A stretch of DNA of 64,000 nt from Octopus vulgaris (lineage: Eukaryota): assembly GCA_951406725.2 (NCBI GenBank), contig OX597816.1, positions 111,848,001 through 111,912,000 of the forward strand. The letters are read 5' to 3'. The position numbers and the translations under genes are program-made. The notes beneath the pieces are model-generated. The model was not told the DNA's origin. It made no database searches and saw only the letters and a program-made list of their open reading frames with translations. Below are positions 1 through 11,897 of the stretch, one piece after another; within the stretch, counting starts at the first letter, position 1; each line of letters starts with the position of its first letter.

Positions 1-2334
1 TCTATTACTGTCATAGATGTTTAAGCCTTCGACAAGTAAAATTGAGTTTAATAGTGCCTTGAATCTAGATCTTGTCCTCTGTGCCAGCATTGTCTTCTAC
101 AGAAGCAATCTCTCATAAATCAACTCCAACTGCACTTTTGATTTGATCTTAACCATGTCTCATGTTTTGTTCTAGTTTTCACATGCAAATTGTGGTTATT
201 GCCTTCACTTTTTATTTATTCATTTTTGGAAAAACAAAGAAATGAAAACGAATTCACTTGAGATTAAAATATAAACTTGCTATATTTTACCAAAGTTCTC
301 ACCTTTAATCAAGCTGCCTACAGAATTGAGTTTTCTGTAGAACAAATTTAATTTTGCAAAGTCTAAAATTATACTCAATAAGAACGAACAATATTTTTTT
401 TTACTTAATTTTTTTATGAATTTTTTTTTTTTTTTTTTTACTATTGTCCATCTCTTTATGGCATTACTGCCTTTTTGCTAATGTAAACGAAAAATAAGTT
501 TATTGTAAACGAATAAAAAGCAAGAGCAGATATAGAAACAGTCAAAAATATCTTACAATATTTAGATTAGTATTTCATATTTCTGAGTTCAAATGGTCAT
601 ATTACAGGTGTCTGACATTACTTCTTATTCTTCAACAGAGGGTTAATAAAATAAACACCAGTAATATATTGAGGTTAATTAAATTTGTTTTATCCATTTA
701 GGTAATAAAATGTAAAACAAAATAAAGGTCTAGTGGATCATAAAAAGAAATCAAATTAAAACATTACACTTCTCACAGCTCTCTGTCCTTGAAAGCCTAT
801 ATGTTAATGGTTTTGACTTTTACACTGCTGTCATGGTTTGAGGTTTTTTGGGGTTTTTTTTTTTGTTAATGACAGTTCAAGCAGGCTTTCCAATAATACA
901 GGTCAAATATAGATTTAAGACAGCTTCGTTATGAAGCTTTTAGAATATAAAGAGTTTGCTGCAACGTATTATTTCATTAAATTATTTTCCTTTTGTTTTC
1001 TGAAAGTTTTTCATTATTGTTATTATTGCTGTTTTTTATTTAAATGTGTTACACTGTTTCCACTATTCACGCCTTTTAATAACACTCTACTTTTTTTTTT
1101 ATTCTGTAAACACTCTGAATGGAAGAGGGATATTTTTCTTCCAATTTTTTTTCTATCTTTTTTTTTTCAACATAATCTCTTTACAGATGAACCTGAAAAG
1201 TTAATTCTCAGGTTACCAGACCAAATAAGAAGCTGACAATTTCCTATTAATTTCATCAACTCCACTACTTGTTCTTGTGAGACTTAATAGAAATCTCATT
1301 AATCACACACACACACACAAAAGTGATAGCATGCTACTTTTAGCTGCAAATGATGACAGGAGGAATCAAATTTCCTGGCCCTCTATGTTAGCCTATTAGA
1401 GTAACAAAACCCTCAATGGATTAAATCAAGCAGGTGGCAAGTCTGCTTCCAATCATATCAAAAGGTCTACAATAAAAATGAAAATGAAAATGAAAAAGTG
1501 AAGAAGCAGAATTTTTTTAAACGAAATAAAGAAATAACATTACCACTTTAATCTTTCCATAAATTGATAAATTTGAGATATGCCATTCATCTTTTAGTAT
1601 TAATTTATTTTGTTGTTATTATTCCTCATCTAATTTGCTTCCATTACTTGAATTTAGACTTGGGACTAAAGTGGTAGTTCAATTTTAATTCTTAATGTAC
1701 AGATTTTTTTAATTTAGAATATTCTGTTTGTTTTGTTTTTTTCTTTTCTTTCTCCTTGTGTGTGTGACTGACTGACTGACTATGCCTCAGAAATTCAATC
1801 AAACTGACTTTTTCTCTCTTCACAAAACTGTTTATGATCTCGTAAGGGAGACAGTTGAAGGATTTCTTTTATTTTCTCAACTAATATAACAACTGTCATT
1901 GATCGTTGTAGCACAGTTGAGATTTTCATATTGAGAATACAACTGATCTTGTCCTTAGTGGAAACAGATAAATCATTTGCTTGTAATAAAACAGATCAAT
2001 AAAATGATCTCTTATCTGCAAGTCATACACCTATTTTATCGTTGTTCTTTAGTTTCAGATCAGCTTTAACTGAGCTGACTTGTTTATGATCAAAGACATT
2101 CCAATCATGACCAACCATCCCTTAATTTGTTTCCTTTCAGACATAGCATATGCACAGTGACATTATGTAGTAGGTCCTCCATTTCTAAAACAGTAGTTTG
2201 TGATTTGAGAAAGAGTGGGCTGCTATTGCTAGAAGGTCAAGTAACAATAGCTCTGCTGTTAGCTCATGACCAATTTCGCAGGAATTCAAAACAGAGTTCA
2301 TAGAATAAAGCCCATTATATTACTAATAACACAA

Positions 2335-2567
2335 GGCAGCGAGCTGGCAGAAACATTAGCACACCGGGCGAAAAGTGTAGCCATATTTCATCTGCTGTTA
2401 CATTCTGAGTTCAAATTCTGCCAAGGTTGACTTTGCCTTTCATCCTTTCGAGTTCGATAAATTAAGTACCAGTTACACACTGGGGTTGATGTAATCGACT
2501 TAATCCCTTTGTCTGTCCTTGTTTGTCCCCTCTATGTTTAGCCCCTTGTGAGCAATAAAGAAATAAG
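2335..2567 (+). mobile_element. tRNA-derived SINE, family A, full length
   Basis: A-box-like AGCTGGCAGAA, B-box GAGTTCAAATTC, central GCCTTTCATCCTTTCG..GATAAATTAAGTACCAG, tail AATAAAGAAATA; flanked by TAACACAA direct repeat (2327-2334 / 2568-2575); near-identical copies at 35826, 58052, 63063. Confidence 0.85.
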
Positions 2568-3339
2568 TAACACAATACTTAATATCAAACACACATACAC
2601 AAGGTATGTGTTTTGCTAATTCATGGGCAGGCTGGATTTTAGGCAAAGGAAAATATATTCTCATCAACATGCTTGGCGTTAAAACTCCTGGAAGTTGGTC
2701 ATAAACAAGCAAGAGCAATGGACATCGAGGTTTCATTATTTTTGTGATTTGTCAACACTGCATACCTGGATGAGGCCCTATGCAAGCTGAATCACCATTT
2801 ATGAATATGTGTAAAATGGTGTAAGAACTTTAATGTTTTGCTTAGGATTAAACCTAAAAGTAACTAAATAATTAAAGTTATTTTAGGTATTTGAAACAAC
2901 AAATGTTCCCCTTTTTCTTATCTAGGTATGATTCCAAGAGAATCATTCTCGTTAGTTGCCTATCAGAACTGTCTTCTTATATAAGTCTTTTCAAATCTAG
3001 GTCGTTTTATTTGGCTATTGATTCAACACCAGTACTTGAACGCTATTTCGTTTTTTTAACCTCAGAATGATGAATGGTAAAGTTGACGTAACTAAGCCAT
3101 GAACTTATAACATACAGGACTGTAACTAAATACTGCAAGGTATTCAACCCAACAATGGAACTTGGACATGTTCACTCAACCTGCCAAAACCACCATCAAA
3201 GCAGACTCCACCCCAACTTGAAAAGTATGATCTTGGATAATATACACTGGGATCATAATGGATGTAGAGCAAAAAGCGAACATAAGGAGAAAGAGCAGCT
3301 ACTTGTATTATAACTAGAGTTAACTTATTGTTATATGCA

Positions 3340-3575
3340 TTATTCTGAATATGGTTTTTCTCATATGGGAGTCCAAACTTACAGCACATGATCCATTGCA
3401 AATACAGACCAAGTCTACCATAGCAATCAGTATACTCATTTGAGGCTAACATAGAGCAGCCTGAGATTGTTTTTTTGGTGTTATCTCAAAAACAGCAGTT
3501 AGGATCAATGCCATTTTGAAGTATGTTAACTTGGTAGTCTCTTGTGAGTAGTCACTGATCTTGAACTGCTGTAAA
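3340..3575 (-). mobile_element. R4/Dong-like non-LTR retrotransposon fragment (zinc knuckle / REL-proximal region), decayed
   Basis: Minus-strand peptides DQ*LLTRDYQVNILQNGIDPNC and ISGCSMLASNEYTDCYGRLGLYLQWIMCCKFGL resemble the C-terminal region of REL-endonuclease LINEs. Confidence 0.55.
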
Positions 3576-4043
3576 GAAGACTTATGTTCCTAATTGTGTA
3601 TATTTATGTATAATAGGGACAAAACCAACAATTTAAATACAAGTATACAAAGAGAAAGGGGTTAATACATACCTATAGCACTCATATAAAAAGTAGTTTC
3701 AGGTTTGTTTAACATTTTTTCAATGTACCTCATAAATTTACTGGTATTTTTATATTGAATCAACTGTGCATAAGACAAAATAGTAAAGATTTACAAAATG
3801 TAAATAATAAAGTTAAATTAAGTAATGAACTTAAATTGTAAAAACTATAATGACATTATAATGCAATACAATAGTGCTATAAAGATTTTGTTACATTTTT
3901 ATCTTTTCATTCGAGTTGCTACTATGCACAGAGAAACATGACACAGACTTCTCTATATAAATGCAAATCATTATTTATGAAAGGAGCAAATATATTGAAA
4001 ATAATTGTGTGTGTGCGTATGCAAATGTACATGTATACATATA

Positions 4044-5097
4044 TCATCATCATCATCATCGTCGTCGTTTAACGTCCGCTTTCCATGCTAGCATGGGCTG
4101 GACGATTTGACTGAGGACTGGCAAATCAGATGGCTGCACCAGGCTCCAATGTTAATCTGGCAGTGTTTCTACAGCTGGATGCCCTTCCTAATGCCAACCA
4201 CTCCATGAGTGTAGTGGGTGCTTTTACGTGCCAGTAAGGTGATGCTGGTAACGATCACACTCAAATGGTGCTTTTTACATGCCACTAGCATTGAAGCCAG
4301 TTAGTCGCTCTAGCAATGATCACGCTCAGATGGTGCTCTTAGCACTCCACTAGCATGGATGCCAGTCATTGAATTTGATTTCGATTTCAATTTCACTTGC
4401 CTCAACAGGTCTTCACAAGCAGATTTTAGTGTTCAATGAAGGAAAGGTATGCATAAGTAGACTGGTTACACCCTTGGCATAGGCCTCAAGGTTATGGTCT
4501 CATTTGGCTTGCCGGTTTGTCTCAAGCACAGCATATTTACAAAAGTCTCGGTCACGAGTTATTGCCTCGCTTGAGGCCTAATGTTCGAAGGTCGTGCTTC
4601 ACCACTTCATACCAGGTCTTCCTGGGTCTACCTCTTCCACAGGTTCCCTCAACTGCTAGGGTGTGACACTTTTTGACACAGCTATCCTCGTCCATTCTCG
4701 CCATATGACTATACCAGCGCAGTTGTCTCTCTTGCACACATCTGATGCTTCTTAGATCCAACTTTTCTCTTAGGGTACTTACACTCTGTTGAGTATGCAC
4801 ACTGACATTACACATCCATTGGATCATACTGGCTTCATTCCTTGCTAGCTTATGCATGTCCTCAGCAGTCATGGCCCATGTTTCACTGCCATGTAGCATG
4901 GCTGTTCGTACACATTCGTCATACAGTCTACCTTTTACCGAGAGGCCCTTTGTCACCAGCAGAGGTAAGAGCTCTCTGAACTTTGCCAGGTTATTCTTTT
5001 TCTAGCAGCTACACTTTCAGTGCACCCTCCCCGGCTATTGACGTGGTCACCTAGGTAACGGAAGCTATCAACTACTTCTAGTTTTTCTCCCTCGAAT
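4044..5097 (-). mobile_element. 5'-truncated RTE-clade LINE: RT C-terminus, 3' UTR and (GAT)n tail
   Basis: ORF 4552..4956 with KGRLYDECVRTAMLHGSETW, RQLRWYSHMARM, GRGRPRKTW; upstream LEVVDSFRYLGDH; tail seen as (CAT)n at 4044-4060. Confidence 0.9.
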
Positions 5098-5257
5098 GTG
5101 ACGGAAGTTGTTTTCTCTCTCTCTCTCCCTATATATATATATATATGTGTGTGTGTGTCTGGGGAGAGTCACTCTCTTCTGGTGCCCTACAACTCAACAC
5201 ACTCACTGGTAAAACTTCCACCCATTTTCCCCACCATTCCTCCAAAAACGAAATATA

Positions 5258-5823
5258 TTGGGTTGTTCGGAAAGTTCGTGCCGATTTTTAAAAGAAATAA
5301 TAAAGTCAATAAATACTTGCCATTACATTTTAAATCAACCAAATATGAACCATTTTGTAGCACAATGTGTCTCTATCTTTCCTTTAACTTGAAAATACCC
5401 TCTTCCCAGAATTGAGTTGGTTTCATGGCAGAGAATTCATCAAGGTATCTTTTTACGTCATCCAAGGAATTAAAATTTTTACCATTAAGACTATTCTGCA
5501 GAGACCTGAATAAGTGGAAATCCGAAGGAGCAATATCTGGTGAATATGGAGGATGGGGTAACACATCCCAGCCGAGCTGCAGCAATTTTTGTCTGGTTCC
5601 CAAAGCATCAAATGCCAAAAATGAACTTTCTTATCTTCCATTTTAAAGGGTTACAGAATTAATACAGGTTATAGGAACATAAATCTTCTTCCACAAAAAG
5701 ATAGCTTAAACTGTGCTCTAAATGGAGGTGTAGTCAAATCCTACTTTATGGACTCAACCATGTTCTAAAATAAGTTGAAAGGTAAGCTACTATAAATCAG
5801 CACAAACTTTCCGGACAACCCAA
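5258..5823 (-). mobile_element. Internally deleted mariner element with TIRs and transposase C-terminus
   Basis: TIRs TTGGGTTGTTCGGAAAGTTCGTGCCGATTT / AAATCAGCACAAACTTTCCGGACAACCCAA; TA on both sides; ORF 5373..5618 with HPPYSPDIAPSDFHLFRSLQN. Confidence 0.92.
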
Positions 5824-5838
5824 TAAATATATATACAC

Positions 5839-5893
<55 letters not shown>

Positions 5894-5895
5894 TA

Positions 5896-6110
5896 TGAGA
5901 GTGGGCTGGAAAGTTCCTGGCTTTGGGCAAAAGGAAACACAGGTCGATCAGCTACTTAAGACTCCATTCAGTATATTCCACTCTCAGACCCACATGCCCA
6001 CTGCAGTGGCCCTTCAATCTCTCCAATCCCTGCAAAAGAACTCAGAAGGCTGGGGCTCCAACCACGCCTTTCATGACACCCTCAAAGTCAGGAACTTTTC
6101 AGTACCTCTT
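5896..6110. mobile_element. ~215-bp mariner-type MITE
   Basis: Imperfect TIR GCTGGAAAGTTCCTGGCTTT / AAAGTCAGGAACTTTTCAGT; an inverted second copy lies at 49171-49386. Confidence 0.7.
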
Positions 6111-6119
6111 GTGTATATA

Positions 6120-6325
6120 TACTCTTTTATTCTTTTACTTGTTTCAGTCATTTGACTGTGGCCATGCTTTTAGTTGAACAAATCAACCCGAGGACTTATT
6201 CTTTGTAAGCCTAGTACTCATTCCATCGGTCTCCCTTGCCAAACTGCTAATGTACAGAAAACATAAACACACCAACATCAGTTGTTAATCGATGGTGGTG
6301 GACAAACACAGACAGACAAACATAC
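6120..6325 (-). mobile_element. SINE family B, 3' half
   Basis: Matches the 3' half of the complete copy at 45018-45440 (CTTTTACTTGTTTCAGTCATTTGACTGTGGCCATGC...). Confidence 0.8.
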
Positions 6326-6699
6326 AATGTAATTATTCTTTTTCATTTGCAATGAGTAACCATGCCATGCACAAAAAATTCAGCAGAAATGTCAGATTTT
6401 CAAAGAGGTCGTATTGTTGGGCAATCTGAGGCTGTGACACTAATTACTGTAATACATTTAATTAGATGGTGTTCTGCTAATTAACTGCTAAATATTTAAT
6501 GTTAATTCCATATACAGGTGCGTGCTAGCAGTGTAAGATTTTCAAGTAAAAATCAGATAGATGTTACATTAAAATTGGTAGATTTTTTTTTCCATACAAA
6601 AAGCATCTTCAAATTATTTTTGCTACTGTAAATAAAATTATAGTGCAATTCAAAAGCCAAGGAAAGAATCAACAGATTCTCGTCCTGGCTGACCTGGGC

Positions 6700-7467
6700 C
6701 CTTGGAAAGGAAGCTTTGCTGTTTGAAGAGAATTGTAGAAAACGAACCCCATTCAAAGGCCTCTGATATTGCAAAACAGCTAGAAGTTAGTCCAGGAACA
6801 TGTGATACATATCTGCATAAGCTTGGTTATTATGGAAGAGCCGCTAGAAGAAAACCTCTCCTTCAACCAATTAATATCATAAAAAGAAAGAAACGAGGAG
6901 ATGCCAGAAAAATCCAGTTCATTTTAGGATAGAGTGATTTTCTCAGATGAATCCATATTTGCATTATTTTCAGACAGTAGACATGTTTGAGTCTGGAGGC
7001 TTCCCAATCAAGAATTTGATTTGAAACAACTCCAACCAACTGTGAAACATGGCGGTATCTCTGTAATGGTATGGGGAGCTGTCACCAGCAATGGTCGTTC
7101 TGAGATGATCGAATGTGTTGGAACCGTAAGCTATGAAAAATACATCGAAATACTTAAGCAAGGACTATTTCCAATGTATTCACAAAATAACATAACGAAA
7201 AATGAGATTTTATTCATGGAAGATGGGGCTTCATGCCATACAGCAAAAAGGAATCAACAATGGCTCACTGAAAATGGGATGTAAAAACTTACTTGACCCA
7301 GCCAATCTCTTGACATGGACCAATTGAAAATCTTTGGAGTATATGAGATAGAGCTATACGAAAAACTCAACAGAAACCTAAAGCTGAAGGTGAATTCTTT
7401 GGATTGTTACATGAAAAGTGAACAGAAATTCCACAAAGCTCATCAGGTCAATGCCAAAAAGACACGA
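6700..7467 (+). pseudogene. Tc1-family transposase pseudogene
   Basis: Motifs in order: GYYGRAARRKPLL, VIFSDES, LQPTVKHGGISVMVWG, FMEDGASCHTAK, PSQSLDMDxIENLW, LIRSMPKR; several stops and frameshifts. Confidence 0.9.
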
Positions 7468-8300
7468 CATGTTGGGGGGATTTGCCAGGACAGGACCAAT
7501 CCATAACATTACATGACATGTCAGAGATTCGCCAGAGGGGCAGAGCCAGCCCATAATATTACATGACATGTCAGATTAGCCAGAGGTGCAGACAAACCCA
7601 TAATATTACATGTCAAGTCAGATTCGCCAGAGGGGCAGACAAACCCATAACATTACATGACATGTCAGATTTGCCAGAGGGGCAGACTGAACCCATTAAC
7701 ATTACATGACATGTCACAGATTCGCGAGAGGGGCAGGGCCAACCCATAACATTATATGACATGTCAGATTCGCCAGAGGGGTAGACCCAATCCATAACAT
7801 TACATGACATGTCGCAGATTTGCCAGAGGGGCAGGGCTAACCGATAACATTACATGACATGTCAGATTAGCCAGAGGAGCAGACATACCCATAACATTAC
7901 ATGACATGTCAGGGATTCGCCAGAGGGGCAGACCCAATCCATAACGTTACATGACATGTCAGATTCACCAGAGGGACAGGGGCAATCCATAGCATTACAT
8001 GACATGTCGGAGATTCACCAGAGGGGCAGGGCCAGCCCATAACATTACATGATATGTCAGATTCGCCAGAGGGGCAGGGCCAACCCATAACATCACATGA
8101 CATGTCAGATTAGCCAGAGGAGTAGACCCAACCCATAACATTACATGACATGTTGGAGATTCACCAGAGGGGCAGACTGAATCCATAACATTACATAACA
8201 TGTCTGAGTTTTGCCAGAGGGGCAGACCCAATCCATAACATTATGACATGTTGGGGATTCGCCAGACGGGCAGACTCAATCCATAATATATATATGACTT
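7468..8300. repeat. Minisatellite, 17 units of 47-50 bp plus a partial unit
   Basis: Consensus GACATGTCAGATTCGCCAGAGGGGCAGACCCAATCCATAACATTACAT in direct tandem. Confidence 0.95.
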
Positions 8301-8499
8301 GTAGGCATATGGTATTTTGTTATGGAACCATAACTTACTACGAAGTATATTAAACGTTTTTAGAATTCAATACCATGTCCTACTCTGTTAGCAGTGCATT
8401 TAAATCATGTTAAGATCATCTCTACAGATCTTCCATAGAAAAAATTACAAGAAATTAATTCAAGATCTATAATTATTATTTTTCAGTGACTTTGTACAG

Positions 8500-8787
8500 C
8501 AATGGACCCCAACATTTTTTGAGCTTCAGGCCAGTTTCATGCAAGACAATTTTTATGAGAACTGGTGGATCATGCACGAAACAAAATACAGTAAAGTGCA
8601 TAATATGATTTAATCATTAAATATATATATTAAAGAATAAAGACTCTCTTCATTCATGAATGACCATAGGAAGTTCCCCTCTGAGACACAAGTTCCCCTA
8701 GAAAAAATATATCTGTTCTGTTTGGCCTGGTTTCAAGTTGGTACATGGCCCAGTATTGGTTTACAGGTCAGTGGTCAGGAACCACTG
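8500..8787. mobile_element. hAT (Charlie-like) non-autonomous MITE
   Basis: Perfect 8-bp TSD TTGTACAG (8492-8499 / 8788-8795); imperfect TIR CAATGGACCCCAAC / GGTCAGGAACCACTG. Confidence 0.85.
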
Positions 8788-9279
8788 TTGTACAGTAATT
8801 TGTTGGTCTTTGGTCCAGAAAGTTCCCCTCTGAGACACAAGTCTGGACTCACCTGCACAGTCACTCCACCAACCAAAATCACAAAGAGGACAAGTAGATA
8901 GACAAAGGACACGCCTCATCAACATCACAATAGCAACCGACACCCCTTCACAGGAAGACACCACCTATCACTGATTCCACCTTGTTATTTAGATTCACCA
9001 CGAGTTGGTTGGGGCAGTTTCAAACCTAAAGACCAGTCCACCAAGTCCAATTTGTGGCTCTGCCAATTAGACTGTCTTTTTTTTTTTGCTCTATCCATGA
9101 GGGATGGATTCTGGTTTCCATATATATATATATATATAAGTTCCATGAGGGATGGATTCTGGTTTCCATATATATATATATATAAGTTCAGCAAAATTTA
9201 GATTCTGATGAATATGGTACTTAAGTTAAAGGCACCAGAATTTTGTATGGTATTATCCATATAAATCAAATGGGGTGAT

Positions 9280-9484
9280 TATAATCAAAATAAGCAACAA
9301 GGATATCCAAGGCAGAGTAGCAGAATTGTTTCATGCTACTTCATTTTATTAAACACTAAGTATTACATCAGTTTTAAATTGCTCGTCATTTTAAAACTGA
9401 TGCAATACTTACAGTGTTTAATAAAATGAAGTAGCATGAAACAATTGTACTACTCTACCTTGGATATCCTTGTTGCTTATTTTG

Positions 9485-9490
<6 letters not shown>
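9280..9490. repeat. Long inverted repeat, ~100-bp arms with ~11-nt loop
   Basis: TATAATCAAAATAAGCAACAAGGATATCCAAGG...CATCAGTTTTAAA mirrored by TTTAAAACTGATG...CCTTGGATATCCTTGTTGCTTATTTTGATTATA. Confidence 0.95.
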
Positions 9491-9521
<31 letters not shown>

Positions 9522-9730
9522 CAAAATAAGAAAATGGAGAAGCACATCTCAATCAATGATCAGCTACCAGATAATACCCAATGACATAGTTTATTAAACC
9601 ACTACATATGAACATTAAGGTCAAACATAATAATATAGAACAAAACAATGTACATGAAAGAGTAATATGATCCAATAAGTACAGTATGTATAAGTGAATA
9701 TAAATAAATACAAATATAAATATAAACTAC

Positions 9731-9857
9731 ATCTTACAGCTGTTTCGGCCATGCAGATATGGGTGTCTCATTATGCTCATATTAGCCATATGTGATAGGT
9801 CAATATGTAGTTATAAATGCGACACTTACAAAAATATCCCAAGGCATCTTCAAAGAT
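9731..9857 (-). ncRNA. Penelope-type hammerhead ribozyme motif with long stem II insert; core C3 mutated
   Basis: Minus strand: ATCT-TTGAAGA-TGCC-(~95 nt)-GGCC-GAAACAGCTGTA-AGAT; stem I ATCT/AGAT, palindromic stem III ACAGCTGT. Confidence 0.55.
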
Positions 9858-10559
9858 TATGAAATACAAACTAAATTAAATATGAATATCAGAGGAGGTA
9901 CACCCATACAAGAGTGGGTATATACCCATAATATATAATATACACATACATATGAGTGCATATACCCATACTCCTATACATATATATACATATATGTAAT
10001 AATATAAATCAATATACATACATATCTTCTATATTCAATGTTACAGTTGGTCAACATAATATTATGATATTACAATGTAGAAAACATACACATATTCATA
10101 TTCAAGTGCAGATATACAAAGTCCAGAGTACATTATATTAAGTTACAAAATGTCATTAATATTAACATCATTACTATTATCATTACCACTACTGCTACTA
10201 ATATCATTATTATTATTATTAATAATATTAATACCAGCAAAACAATATATGCATCACACGGTTAGCAACAATTATATTACTAACCGTGTGATGCATATAG
10301 TGATTGGGTATTATCTGGTAGTTGATCATTGATTGAGATGTGTTTCTCCATTTTCTTATTTTGTATTATTAATTTGTGGTAAAACATTTTACCTTTGCCC
10401 ATATAATACAGTAAATGAATTAACCACATCGCAATTCTTAACATTTATGTATTACTTTGTTGGGTACTTCACTAGCAGTATATTGGATATATGTTATCCC
10501 ATGGAGGGTTGCACTTACAACCCCTATCTCAATTTGTAACTATATATATATATATATAT

Positions 10560-11230
10560 ATTCAATAACTGAAATTCCTACCTCAGTTAAAGATACCCAC
10601 CTCATCTGTGCTTGTCAATTCAGCTGCACCTCTACCCCATCCACAATCACTTTTTCTTTCTCTGCCACCAGTCATCCATCCACACTATATGTCCGGCACA
10701 CTATCTTACATTATTACAAGGTCTGCTTGCTCCTACTATTTACCCATTCTTTCTCAACCTACTCTTTTCTCCTTTCAATGTCCATGTAATCTACTTGTCT
10801 ATAGCTTCTTACCAGAGGCAAACACACACACACAAATACACACACAATTTGGAACACTTCCTTGTTCCCATCCACACTGCAACCCCTGTCCTTTCTTTTT
10901 CAACTCCATTTACCTCACCAAATACAACATTATTTCCATATAACCGACTCCTACACCACTACAATTCGCATTTATTGATTGAAATCCTTCCTCTGCAACC
11001 TCCTATATATAAGACAGACTGAACAACTCTTTTCTGACCAATTCACTGAATTTATAATGACTCCCTTGTTACATATCATTTCTACACTACAGATCACTCT
11101 TTAAATGTTTGGGATTGCACTACACAGAGCTCCCCCAGTTTCTTCTCACCAATGTGAACAAGAACTCATTTTCATTCTGCTAAATTTCACACCATATGAA
11201 CTCAATCACTACCTTTTATTTTTAACTTGC
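10560..11230 (+). mobile_element. Penelope-like element remnant (linker and GIY-YIG endonuclease), decayed
   Basis: Peptides GTLPCSHPHCNPCPF, CNLLYIRQTEQLFSDQFTE, HFYTTDHS, EQELIFILLNFTPYELN follow the order of the Penelope Cys-linker and GIY-YIG domain. Confidence 0.65.
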
Positions 11231-11749
11231 ACATCATTACCTCAAATGCACGCGTAACACACTTAAGCATATGCATCCAGACCAACATGCAACCAAATAC
11301 ACACTCACACAAAATCAGTACATTTTCTGTTCCTACATGCAGGTGGATATAAACCCACCACTTAAAATGCCTATATATATACCCACACATACGCATGTAA
11401 ATATGTATATAACGTACATAATATCTATCTGTCTACCTATCTAACTGTTTGTCTATCTATCTATTTAGCTACCTATCCATCTAGCCATCCATCTATCCAC
11501 AAATGCCTAACTGTCAGTCTGGATAAGCTTGGGTTCTCAGAAAATGAAATCAACCAACTGATTTGCACATTATATATATAATCAACCTGTAAGCAGAAGT
11601 GTAAAATTATGCAAGACTTTTTACAGGTTTAAAATGTGACATTGTTTCCATTATTTACATCCCAAAGATGGAGCTTTGAATCTTTTTTTTAGAAACCAGC
11701 TCCTTCTTCAGAGGAAGAATTTAAATGATTACATATATGCATGCATGCA

Positions 11750-11895
11750 TATCCTGTTGATGTTGAAATTCCAATGAAGGAGCCTTAGCTCTAGGTTAGA
11801 AACCAGCTCTTTCTCTACTGGCAAAATATCTTGAAATAAAACTGGATAATGATACACACGCATGCATGCATATATACATACATTCATACATACAT
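11750..11895 (+). mobile_element. 3' UTR fragment of the R4/Dong-like LINE seen at 47716-48610
   Basis: GTTGATGTTGAAATTCCAATGAAGGA..GGTTAGAAACC..TCTTGAAATAAA shared with 48505-48605. Confidence 0.7.
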
Positions 11896-11897
11896 AT

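Noticed and set aside
7468-8300. CRISPR-like array
   Set aside because: No unique spacers; the whole unit repeats with point variation; eukaryotic context with no cas genes
7468-8300. CTCF or p53 site array (CGCCAGAGGGGCAG, ACATGACATGTC)
   Set aside because: The GC box has one G too many for the CCAGRKGGC core, and the CATG spacing does not fit two p53 half-sites
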